A DNA stretch of 62,785 nucleotides, filler included, from Globobulimina sp. (lineage: Eukaryota), in assembly GCA_003354225.1 (NCBI GenBank). It is 32 parts of 32 records of this genome, joined end to end, with 100 filler letters (N's around TTAATTAATTAA, not from the genome) between each part and the next. Parts side by side here need not be neighbours in the genome. Positions count along the whole stretch, not along the records: positions 49,142 to 51,005 come from PIVH01011106.1; positions 51,106 to 52,969 come from PIVH01011107.1; positions 53,070 to 54,933 come from PIVH01011108.1; positions 55,034 to 56,896 come from PIVH01011109.1; positions 56,997 to 58,859 come from PIVH01011110.1; positions 58,960 to 60,822 come from PIVH01011111.1; 26 more parts are not named here. One strand, 5' to 3'. How positions within the stretch are numbered: position 1 is the stretch's first letter; every line of letters begins with the position of its first letter. Under the pieces are notes generated by a model. That model was not told the DNA's origin. It made no database searches and saw only the letters and a list, made by a program, of their open reading frames with translations. The translations under genes and the position numbers were made by a program. Positions 49,734 to 60,716 of the stretch are shown piece after piece.

Positions 49734-49925
49734 ATGAAAAAAAGCATAACATTAATTATTTTGTTATTTATTGGTGTTGCAATGAGCTCGGACCAGTCAA
49801 GGACATCACGAAGATTACAACGTTGGGGGGGAAACTTTAGAGTCGGAGGAACCACCGGTTTAAAATTTGGAATTCAATTTGGAGGTCCACAAGGTTGGTC
49901 TGGTTGGCATTACGGGTACGGATGA
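49734..49925 (+). CDS. Small secreted prepropeptide (signal peptide, RRL site, Gly/aromatic-rich peptide)
   Basis: MKKSITLIILLFIGVAMS signal; SRRLQ; mature part is Gly/Trp/Phe/Tyr-rich and ends in Gly; GC-richer than the flanks. Confidence 0.6.
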   Translation: MKKSITLIILLFIGVAMSSDQSRTSRRLQRWGGNFRVGGTTGLKFGIQFGGPQGWSGWHYGYG

Positions 49926-50336
49926 ACAAAGATTTAATTTGCGTGTTTAAATAGTAGTAAATACATTAATTATTATAAAATTGTAAAGCATCTTGCAATG
50001 CAAAGTTGGTTTTATGATGACATTTTTTAATAATGTTTAAATTAAAATGTTAAGTTTACCAACAACCAAAAACATATGTAACATCTCACCAGTTAGGCCT
50101 TGCAAAACAACCTCCTTTCTTCACAAATCAGAACACGGAATGACTCCACTTTTCTTAATGTCTCATTGAACTGAGCACCGGTGGTCTTTCCAAAATTATT
50201 AACAAGTTTTCCGTCACAATCTCCGTATAATTCATTGTTTGCAATTATTATCCGATTTGGAATTAAAACCAAATGTTAATATTATTCATAAAACGATGCA
50301 TTCCAATAAATATTAAATGTACTGAAACACCAAATG

Positions 50337-50615
50337 TTATGCAATAATAGCAGTTGCTTGAAAGCGTAAATCATTTTTAAAATCACCAGCAATCTCTCTC
50401 ACCAATCTCTGAAATGGCAATTTTCTCAGTAATAATTCCGTGGATTTCTGATATCTGCGGATCTCTCTCAAAGCAACAGTTCCTGGTCGGAATCTATGCG
50501 TTTTATTAACGCCTCCGGTTGCTGGCGCTGATTTTCTCGCTGCTTTGGTGGCCGATTGTTTTCGTGGTGCTTTACCACCAGTTGATTTTCGCGCTGTTTT
50601 TTTGGTTCTGGCTAT
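50337..50615 (-). pseudogene. H3: Histone H3 pseudogene (ATG to ATA, truncated); not in the ORF track
   Basis: Translates [91 protein letters not shown], with substitutions Q5K, L20S, K36N and P38T. Confidence 0.93.
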
Positions 50616-51389
50616 TTTTTATATCAACAATTAATAAATTATTAAAGCGAAGGTTTGATAGTTTGTTGTTTTTATCCTCACATTATCAAATAACATTCGT
50701 CTTCGAGTATCTGTGTAAATAGGATAGTATTTACTTGTATTTGCATCATCAAATAATACATTATGTATTAATTGTTCACCACTTATTGATGCAGCAGATT
50801 GTGTATATTTTAATATATAAATAAATTCAATTGATTAATAAATGAGTCAATATCTATATTTATCAATTCTTTTAATGCCGGTATTTTTGTTTTATTTATA
50901 AATGTTAATAATGTTATTATGCTTTTTGATATTATATTGGTATTCAAATAACGTCGTATTGTTTTATTCATTTTTTTATGATTTGCAATGTGTTTTTTCA
51001 ATTGTNNNNNNNNNNNNNNNNNNNNNNNNNNNNNNNNNNNNNNNNNNNNTTAATTAATTAANNNNNNNNNNNNNNNNNNNNNNNNNNNNNNNNNNNNNNN
51101 NNNNNTAGATGTAGGTGGTGGTGGGAGGGTAGGGGTAATAACCCCCCCCCAACTTGCTGTTCTCTACCACCATCCCACCACCAGAGGGTTCTAGCCCGGA
51201 CAAAAAATTGTTAGAGTTATCATGTAAATTTTTTTTTTTGACACATTAAACACAATATTAGTCCAGTATAGGTATAAAAGCCTATTATACGGCTATTTCA
51301 AGCTTAAATAATAAGATTTTCAAGACAGCCAACCAACTACACCTATGGTTTGTAGGTATGTTAATTACGGTGTGGTACTTATACGATTA

Positions 51390-51927
51390 CTAGACATTAC
51401 CGTCATGCAAAATTATTTCTAATTTCAGCATATCTACTGTTGTAAGATTTCCCTCGTAACGCATTCCTGACCGCATCGTGATGTTGACACGCTTACCAAC
51501 ATCGTTCTTTGTAACCTCTGGAGAAGTTGGACTAGGAGGTGTAGGAACAGTAGTCTGAAATTAAAACAAATTTTATTCATGGATAAAAAGTCAAAGCGAT
51601 GATACTGAGTTTACTAATTGTAACGCAGGCATTGGTTCCAAAAGAATTTTGTTATCGAAGTCTAATTGTTTTATTCCGGTCGATTGAAAAGTAATATCAA
51701 ATCTTTCGGAATTATCGCATTTTTCTTGTACAGCGCCTTGTGCATTTACGAGTCCCATACATGTGGCTTAAATAATTATAATAAAGAAAAGGAAATTAAT
51801 TTCATTTAGAAGAAATACCTTGTTTCAATAGTATTGTGTTTCTGTGAACATCAACGTTTCCTAATATGCCTTTATATTGGAGATCGGAATTTGTTACTAA
51901 GGTTATTTTTCGACCTATATCAGCCAT
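51390..51927 (-). CDS. Spliced gene with two LSm14-like Sm-fold domains; exons 51819..51927, 51615..51766, 51401..51554 (3' end uncertain); not in the ORF track
   Basis: MADIGRKITLVTNSDLQYKGILGNVD and VGKRVNITMRSGMRYEGNLTTVD resemble LSM14 IGSKISLISKxxIRYEGILYTID; the 52- and 60-nt GT-AG introns keep the frame. Confidence 0.75.
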
Positions 51928-53473
51928 TTACAATAGATTGCCAATCAATACTCAAATAACCAAAGCGATGCACCTTAACCTGGAAGTGACCTACAGTGCA
52001 GGAACGCAGAAAAAAGAACAATAGAAAAACAGACTAAATGAGTTTAACTTAATGAACAATGCATTAAAATATATCATAGATAGTATACTATAACTTCAAC
52101 GACTGCAACGGTGCAAATTTTCATAACTTTACTATTTAACAACCATATTACAACCACATTCATACAATAACACATTATGTTTCAAAAACGTACGACCAAA
52201 TTTTGTTAACAAATTAATGCTAATACCAACACACATAGTACATAATGTTAATGTTTTGTAAATATATTAATTGGCAATGCCACTAAAAACCAGGCAGGTC
52301 GGTTACCATGATGGATTTTATCTAGGATTGTGTTCTTATGTATTGTGATCTATATCATAATAGTACTTATTCCCCAAAATATTTAGACTCAACTCGGCTT
52401 GGTTGTCGCACAGTGACGTCATAAACTTTATAGGCGTTTTTTCGAAAAATCAACCAAAATTTCGACCAAATTCAAAATGATGTAACGTCATCGTTATTAA
52501 AGCCAAAACGTTTTGCTTTATATCATTCATAGATCGGGTAAGGATCCAACAATTGTGAAAGTACCAGCTCTTTAGTTCTTATTGCTTACGATTTATACCC
52601 TGTCAAATTTTGCTGGAAATCGAGTTTTCGAAATTTTCCAAATATGACCTATTTCAAGAAGCCTTTTCTCACCCCGCGGAGTAGCTAAAATGCTAACTAT
52701 TCTTCCACGCACTTACCCCTAAATGGGCTATTCGAAACAGGTTTCATTTTCGTGGCCCCGATATATGTCGATCTACAGCGACGTGTCAAATTTAAAAAAA
52801 AATCCGATTCAACATTGGAATTCACTCTAGATTTCCAAAGCCGTAACTCTGCCAATTTAAATCCGATTTGATTGCAGCTTTTTCGTTCGATTGCTCTCAT
52901 CAAGTAGATTATTTTGGAAAAAAAATATTCCATTTTGCTCAAAAAATGACCAAGTTATATCAATTTTCCNNNNNNNNNNNNNNNNNNNNNNNNNNNNNNN
53001 NNNNNNNNNNNNNTTAATTAATTAANNNNNNNNNNNNNNNNNNNNNNNNNNNNNNNNNNNNNNNNNNNNGAATGCACACAAAAACGATAATCACTTAAAA
53101 ACGCATTCAAATCATAGTTTACATCTAATTCATTCCATAAAATCGCGTTATTATCTGAGGATATGCCAACACCGCACATAATTAATGAATTTCTCATTAA
53201 TATTAAACGTATGCTGCTGCTGTAATTATTGCAATTGTTGTATACGTAATTACTGTTTTTATATATCGCAAAACAATCACATTCGTAATCATTTTGTTTA
53301 CGAAGTTTTACAATATTTGAAATTGATGTTTGTAATGATAGCGGTGATGATGAATTTGTTTGATTATTGTTGTTATTTTCACTAAAAGACGGATATTATA
53401 TGGATGGGATAAAAATAAACATTCTCGCAATAACTCATAAAATAAATATCCAAATCCATTACATGATGATTTG

Positions 53474-53540
53474 CTGTCGCCACAGGATTCGAACCTGTAT
53501 CTTCTGGATTGATCCAGTGCTCTGCTTGCGCTATGCGACC
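53474..53540 (-). pseudogene. tRNA-like element (tRNA pseudogene or SINE head) with a 4-nt anticodon loop
   Basis: GGTCGCA TAGCGCAAGCAGAGCA CTGGA-TCAA-TCCAG AAGAT ACAGG-TTCGAAT-CCTGT GGCGACA: perfect T arm and B box, A-box-like region, 5 of 7 acceptor pairs. Confidence 0.75.
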
Positions 53541-53737
53541 ATTTCTGTTGTATTTATCATTACCATTTTCGATGTGGATGTTTATTTTTCAAATGAATTA
53601 TAAACCAGACAGTGAAACAGCTGAGAACATACTACGAAACTAAATTATTAATCCACGCAGCTGGCAAGCAATCCTCTTAAAGATAAGTTAACATTAAAAG
53701 TTAACGTTTCAAAAAACCGTTAGTTGGACATAGTCTA

Positions 53738-54932
53738 ATGGGAAGCACTCAAGCTACAGAGGATGATCCAACTGATGAGAGTTCAAATGATGACCAATAT
53801 CAGGAAATAATAGTCAATGGACCAGATTATAGAGAAAACTCATATGCTTTTAATCCGCAATCGCATGATATATTCCACAAAATTGGAGAGTTAACAGCCA
53901 CATATGATTATAATAATTTATACAAATATACATTACGTTGTTCTGGAACAGGAACTGTTGTATATGTAAGAAATAATGACAAACATCCTGATGATTGTTA
54001 TTTGTTAACAGCAGCACACAACATACGGCGTACTGTTTGGGAGTGTACTGAATGTAGAATGTATCGAGAAATAAAGCAGAAAAAATGCCAACATTGTGGA
54101 AAACATAAAAATGAGCTCAGTCAAAAGAAAGTAATCATCAAAGCAACCGATGTTGAGTTCTTATATCATGAGGTCAAATATAAAAATTTTGGGAAACCAA
54201 TAGCTCGCTATGACTGTAATGAAGTGTTGCTGAATGATTATCATTTTACGAAATTTCCAGGGGTTAAGGATGGATTTGATTATGCAATCTTACATTTTTC
54301 TGACGATAAACATCAATTTGAAGGAACAGAAAAAATTCGATTTAAAAAAGAATATAAAGATGCAGGAAAATTAGGTATTTTTGGATATCCTCTATGTTCC
54401 AGTTCCAGTGGAAAAATGAAAGGAATGATGAGCACACACATTGATCAATTTGGTATGATTGAAAATAATATGACGCAAATCGAATATATTGAACAGACTG
54501 CAATCGATACTGGTTTTGGCCAAAGTGGAAGCATTATATTTTATCGACAAGGTGGTTATGTGTATATTATTGGACTACATATTGCCGGTTCTAAAGCAAA
54601 CAAATATAACGTAGGTCTATTAATGAATGATGAAATCATACAGAAAATAAAACATATTAAAGATAATAATGAGGTATATATCATTTATGTGCTGTGCGAA
54701 TTAGTAATGTTGTGTGATATTACATAGATGGAAGATATTAAAATGGATGATGAGAATGTATCGCTTGAAGAGCCGGGTAAATACAAATTAATCATTGGAG
54801 TTAATAGCGTTAAAATCAATGCAGATAATGATGAAAAACAGAAATGTGCAGCTGCAGAAATCAAGCGGTCAGAAAGCAGATTTGTTGATAAATATATCGA
54901 ATTTGATAATGAATGGCAGATATTTGGATTGC
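53738..54932 (+). CDS. Trypsin-like (PA clan, V8-like) serine protease with zinc-ribbon insert, intron 54674..54727 (3'-partial)
   Basis: CSGTG, LLTAAHN (His), DYAIL (Asp), DTGFGQSGS (Ser), IIGLH; CxxC..CxxC insert after the His motif. Confidence 0.85.
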
Positions 54933-55380
54933 ANNNNNNNNNNNNNNNNNNNNNNNNNNNNNNNNNNNNNNNNNNNNTTAATTAATTAANNNNNNNNNNN
55001 NNNNNNNNNNNNNNNNNNNNNNNNNNNNNNNNNATTGATTTCGGTGTCGTCTCCTTCGTCGCAATAAAGTATTTTTACCCAACATATGTCATACGAGGTT
55101 GCACCGCCATAGCTTTCCGTCGTGGTGTGGTCGCATTGAATGTTGAAAAATAGGTTGCTTGGGTCGGCTATTTATTTATTTGTATAATATGTACATGTAT
55201 ATGTATATAGTGTAGTGTATACTTCATATAAAATAACAAACCAGCACAAGAAATTTCCCTCGCGTAAATTACGCTGAACAAGCATGAAAGTGCTAAAAGT
55301 GCGAGGACGATAGGCGTCATGTTCAGTTTCAAAAGGAAAGCGGAAAGATATTTTTTTTTAATTTTTTAAGTAAGTAAATC

Positions 55381-56718
55381 ATGCACTTAAAGCGCTTCCT
55401 CATCTTCATTGTGCTGAGCAGTGTAATCTCATTAATCTGGTCGATGACCAATTATTACCACTACATTCGAGCACAGCTCTGGTCCTCGACGGCTAGCAAT
55501 ATAATACAACTGCAACCCGAAATATCCACAAATAATGAAAACGGCAACAACGGCAAACAAGCAGCAATCTCCATATCGCCATCGCCGACTGCTCGCAATG
55601 TGACATATTTAATCCCGCCGTTAAACACGACCTCGGAACTCAATTCCAATTATCTCAACAAATCCGTGATATTTATGGGGATGATCCACAACGCCGAGGC
55701 GACATTGCCGCGCATTTTGCAACAATTAAATGAAGTGACCTGCTTATTCAATAACACTTTCTTCTTCTTCTTCGAATCCAACTCGAATGACAACACCACC
55801 GATATTTTAAATGCCTGGTTCCAAAACGCGACGGATTGCAACGACAACGTGTACAAACAGATTATTTTCGGCGATGACATTGTTGCAAAGGATTTGCGTT
55901 TGGCCGTAAAAAGGCGCTCAAACTCGACGCACACTCACAAACTGAGCAGAGTCGAAAAGTTTGTCGCTTACAGAAATATGCTGTTGTTGCGGCTGTTTGA
56001 CATCTTAGAATTTGGATTGCATGCCATCGTGGACTGGGATTACTTGTTTATGATCGATATGGATGTGTTTGAGATTGATTTTGTGTCATTTTTGCAGGAA
56101 TTAAGCGACTGTCCGACAGACCGTTATAGCGATTATCGAGACTCGTTTGCCACCGTCGAAATGTCGCACAATTGGATCCATCGCCCATTCATATTCAACA
56201 AATCGGACACTTATTACGAGAAAGCTCGCAATGTGCTACGCAAAAGAATGCCGCGACACAACCACAGATATGAACGCGTCCGCTCTTGTTTTAACGGCTT
56301 GGCCGCCTACAAAATTGGCGCCTTTCTGCATGAATGCAAATGCAAATACTATGCCAACGACGACATATTGTTGCTGTTGAACAATGAAAATGGAAAACAG
56401 GATGTTATGGACGCATATATTGACAATGAATGGATGCATCAGATCCGGAAATTGATCAATTGGTCCAATTTGAAAGGAGTGATGATTGATAATGACAGCG
56501 GGCCTGAAACAAATCTATGTGAACATATTGCATTTCATTATTGTTTGTCGGCAGTGTATAATATGACATTGTCAATTGCTAAAAATACAAAATTATATTA
56601 TTATCCATTGGCGCCGCCACAAACAAAGGAAGATCGGAGAGAAATTCGACGGAGAAAAAGGAGAGCTACGAGAATGCAACAACGACAGGACATATTTATG
56701 CAGCATCATGCACAGTGA
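55381..56718 (+). CDS. Type II membrane GT-A glycosyltransferase (CAP59/Cmt1-like)
   Basis: TM anchor; HNAEATLP, FESNSNDNT, AYRN, DxD (IDMD), VRSCFNGLAAY, CEH. Confidence 0.7.
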   Translation: MHLKRFLIFIVLSSVISLIWSMTNYYHYIRAQLWSSTASNIIQLQPEISTNNENGNNGKQAAISISPSPTARNVTYLIPPLNTTSELNSNYLNKSVIFMGMIHNAEATLPRILQQLNEVTCLFNNTFFFFFESNSNDNTTDILNAWFQNATDCNDNVYKQIIFGDDIVAKDLRLAVKRRSNSTHTHKLSRVEKFVAYRNMLLLRLFDILEFGLHAIVDWDYLFMIDMDVFEIDFVSFLQELSDCPTDRYSDYRDSFATVEMSHNWIHRPFIFNKSDTYYEKARNVLRKRMPRHNHRYERVRSCFNGLAAYKIGAFLHECKCKYYANDDILLLLNNENGKQDVMDAYIDNEWMHQIRKLINWSNLKGVMIDNDSGPETNLCEHIAFHYCLSAVYNMTLSIAKNTKLYYYPLAPPQTKEDRREIRRRKRRATRMQQRQDIFMQHHAQ

Positions 56719-56996
56719 TTTGTTTTTTCTTTGATTAAGTTAATTGAATTTAGTTAGAAATATCCATCGTTCACAGCGACAGTACGAAATCCGATCCATA
56801 AGGCAGACGCTATATACTTTGTGCAAGGATAATATTTTGTTATTGTAACATAGACAGAAAACCAAAAAAACAGTTTGTGTCAAGGTGAGTGATAAANNNN
56901 NNNNNNNNNNNNNNNNNNNNNNNNNNNNNNNNNNNNNNNNTTAATTAATTAANNNNNNNNNNNNNNNNNNNNNNNNNNNNNNNNNNNNNNNNNNNN

Positions 56997-57115
56997 TTTA
57001 GGTGTATATGATCAAAAAGAATATGCTGATTATTTGAATTAATATTGCTGCGCAATCGACGATTCATTTTAATAAAACTAAATCAAAAAACAAATTATAA
57101 AAATGCTTGCTTAAA
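56997..57115. repeat. 119-nt terminal direct repeat identical to 58741..58859
   Basis: The first and last 119 nt of the contig are identical. Confidence 0.93.
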
Positions 57116-57117
57116 AG

Positions 57118-57669
57118 CTATAATCTGGTCAAACACGAGCTATCAAAGATTGAGTAATGTGAACCACAGTGCAAAATGTCTAAAGAAAAAACATATCCAA
57201 GTGATGCTATTAACGGCAACGTGAACCAATATCCATAAAAATAAAAATGCAAAGTTATCATCACTAGAATAAACTCCACACAATAAATTAGAAATTGTGC
57301 ATTACTTGCTTTGTGCGATGGTATGCTGTGTTTGGTAAAATATGTCTGTATGCTGAGTTTCAAATCACTTTTCATTTCTTTGTATGACTCATCATTCCAG
57401 TCATAAAATGTGCATATTTCTGTTTGTTCATATGCACAGGCATTGCGCACAAAGTATTTGCGTAATGTAGCATCAATGTATGCAGACTTGTTTGACATGA
57501 AGTGATATGTTTCAAACAGTTCAGTACAATCTCGTTTTCTGTTTGCGTTTAATATTGTTTTGCCTCCCGGATGTTGATCCAACCACTGAGTGAAATCATA
57601 GATTTTACCGTGGATCATCCATTCATTCTCTTTCAAACTTTGAATCTCATTCATTACTGATCTAATCAA
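57118..57669 (-). pseudogene. Cytochrome b5-fused (front-end type) fatty-acid desaturase, N-terminal fragment
   Basis: WMIHGKIYD, HPGG, DCTELFETYH, then His-box-1-like HCGSH; stops before His boxes 2 and 3. Confidence 0.8.
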
Positions 57670-57805
57670 ATTTTATATCGAAACGAAATTGCAACGCTAA
57701 TAATCTCTAATTTTACTCTTGCGTTTGTTGTAAGTAAGACCAGCTCAGATGTGGTACACATTGCGTTGAGACTTGTTTTTTGTGGACATGAAAGTGGCAT
57801 AATTA

Positions 57806-58743
57806 AAAGTTCTCAAATCGTTCGACTTGTTTCTCAAAAGTTCTCACATTTTAGCCATGCTTTCAGGTCACAATCAAAGTTAAGATTACAATAAATGTAA
57901 ATTGCAATTACAAATCGAGTGAGTACTATTTTGGCATAACAGGTGGCGTTTGTACGTATGGAAGAAAAGATGATGAATTGGTACATATAAAAGGATGAAA
58001 GGATGAATTTGATGTAAAATATATGGAAAATCCAGGAGTGTGGATTTGGAATCAAGGAAGTGATGATATGCACACAGGAAGTGATGGTGAGGCACTTTTG
58101 CTTGAATATTAATTATTGTCTCGTTGCAAGGATTGTTCGATTCATATTAATTGATTGAATTCATCTTTGCACATAAATGCTGCATATTGTTTTGTTAGGA
58201 CTAAGGTGCAAGGATTTATTGAAAAAATTGCAACATTTATCTTCAAGGATACATTAAACAATTTGCAGCATTTATGTGCAAAGATGAATTCAATCAATTT
58301 TTCGAACAATCCTTGCAACGAGACAATAATTAATATTCAAGCAAAAGTGCCTCACCATCACTTCCTGTGTGCATATCATATCATATCATTTCATTTTTCT
58401 ACAATTAAACGAATTGATTCCAAATCCACACTCCAAATACGATTTTTAATTCCAAATACGATTTTTTAATCTCAAATCATCTAATTTTCAAATTCAAATT
58501 CATTTCCAAATTCATTTTTATCCTCTTTGATGCACAAATTCATCCTTTTATATGTACCAAATTACTTACCAATTCATAATATATATATATACCAATTCAT
58601 CATCTTTTCTTTAATCTGTCGAATGAGAGTCTGCATATTGACACTCTTTTAGCTCAGGATGTTTGTTAGGATTTACTCACAAAAGTACCTCAAAACTTTT
58701 AGTCTTTTAACAATCCACATCTTGTGAGAACTTTGAGAACTTT
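57806..58743. repeat. Long imperfect inverted repeat (foldback/MITE-like)
   Basis: Core arms about 58064..58184 and 58264..58378; outer matches 58035..58055/58414..58433, 57962..58000/58539..58611 and AAAGTTCTCA/TGAGAACTTT ends. Confidence 0.85.
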
Positions 58744-58959
58744 AGGTGTATATGATCAAAAAGAATATGCTGATTATTTGAATTAATATTGCTGCGCAAT
58801 CGACGATTCATTTTAATAAAACTAAATCAAAAAACAAATTATAAAAATGCTTGCTTAAANNNNNNNNNNNNNNNNNNNNNNNNNNNNNNNNNNNNNNNNN
58901 NNNTTAATTAATTAANNNNNNNNNNNNNNNNNNNNNNNNNNNNNNNNNNNNNNNNNNNN

Positions 58960-60716
58960 TCGATACGGATCATCCAATGGAGATTGCTCTTCTTTCTCCT
59001 TCATCCTTTTCATGATTTCCTCCATATGTTCCAACTCTTTTTGCTTCGTCCATTCATCAAAATGTCTCGCCAAAGCCGACTGTTCTAAAAAATGCCGTGC
59101 CATCGGCGACAACCGCTCACTGAAATGCATCGCATTGCATATAAAGTGTTTCCTTGTAATGCACAATTTGTCGTACCATTTGCCATCGCTATGTATGACG
59201 CCACACAGATCCGTAGCACCCGCCGGTGCATAGATATACAGAGCTTGACTCACCGCCACTTTCCATTGGAAGCCAGGGATCCCACCATTCCACGGACAGA
59301 TTGTGCCCACGCTATTAAACCAACAGCCGTGATACTTACCATTCCCATCCAAGTAAGAACAACCAGAGTCAGAGTAACCTAATCCTGTAAACTGCCCACA
59401 AGCGGACGCTGTTTGTCCCGGCACTTGAATTGGTTCGAACCCCTCAATAGAAGGTCGATCGAGCCATGAACTTTGCTTCCAAATAAGTTCCACGTCCGTC
59501 CCATCCTTATTCTTGTAAACTAATTTAAATTCATATTTATTGTCTACAGTATAACAACACAAGTGATACACAACTAATATTTCAGATTGCTGTTGCAATA
59601 AAATTATATTATACCTATAGGGTTTTTATAATCGTCAGGATTCAGCTGGCCAATGATAGAAAATGTATTCGCTTCCACGTTATTAGGGTTTGCAATGCCG
59701 TCGACACGCAACTTATTATCGAAATATCCTTTGCCGACATGCTGCAGTCGCAATATTAGCCGCCATCTGGTCTTATCCACTCCGCCCTGTTTATCGTACC
59801 AGTTACTAAACTTTAGAAAGCCGCCGGTATAGACGCCATCTGCCCACTTTTTGAAAGGCCCTTTGAGCCCAATCCAACACTCTTCGTTGTTGTCAGTATC
59901 GCCAATGTCATTGCAGCCTTTTTTAGCGTCTTCGTTGTCGTAAAACGAATGCAAAGTTGCTAAGTGATTGCCGTAACGGCGTAGACAATATTCCTCCGCT
60001 TCTGCATAGGTTTTGGGTGTCTGCACAGCGATATACTTTCCATGCAATTTCCCTCTGCCTTCTTCGCAAAGTACAAAGCGTTTGATATGACAGGGGACGT
60101 CGTTCCATAATCCACGATGTTCCGCATAGATCTCACCACAGTCACTGCCGTGACGGTAGTCATTATTTGGTTCGCCTGGGTACCAATGGGTATATTCCAC
60201 TTTTCTGCCGCTGTTCCATTTGGAATATGCCATATGTTTACCGCTATCTTCATGTAATCCAATCCAACAATGCCAATGACACGTTTGTTGCGCCAATGCA
60301 TTGTCCCGGGCTGTTAATATGGTGGCCATTGAGCCGTAATGCTGGGAACAATATGAAACGCCTTCATGCCATGACATTGACACTGGAGATAATGCATAAC
60401 GTCCATTTGCTGATTGTAGCCTTCGTATGGTTGAATTATTATCATTTGAGTGTATTATTTGTGTTGTATGATTCCAATGGGAATCGTTAAAATAATTTAG
60501 ATGCATTTTATTGTTAATATTTATATTTATTAATGAATGTATGGTGATGTTGATATTGTTGATGGATAGTATATAGGGATTAATGTTGTTGTTGTTGTTC
60601 AAAAAATCATGTTCATCATGATAGGATTCGTAATATAATGTATGCTGTGATGTAGTTCGTAACAATTGGAAAATGAACGACAAACAGGTTATTAGCATAA
60701 CGGGAAACGAAACCAT
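58960..60716 (-). CDS. Secreted C-type lectin protein (two CTLDs, the second with an inserted domain), intron 59544..59614 (3'-partial)
   Basis: Signal peptide, RRLQ pro-site, CWIGL, GEPNN, WNDVPC; second CTLD ECWIGL...CG....GKWYDKLC....FIC. Confidence 0.85.

Noticed and set aside
50519..50722. 67-aa hydrophobic plus-strand ORF
   Set aside because: Antisense of the H3 pseudogene.
53474..53540. Functional tRNA-Sec or UGA suppressor
   Set aside because: The 4-nt loop, acceptor mismatches and absence of a long variable arm rule this out as written.
57834..58469. Short ORFs sharing the PHHHFLCAYH peptide on opposite strands
   Set aside because: A by-product of the inverted repeat; no coding evidence.
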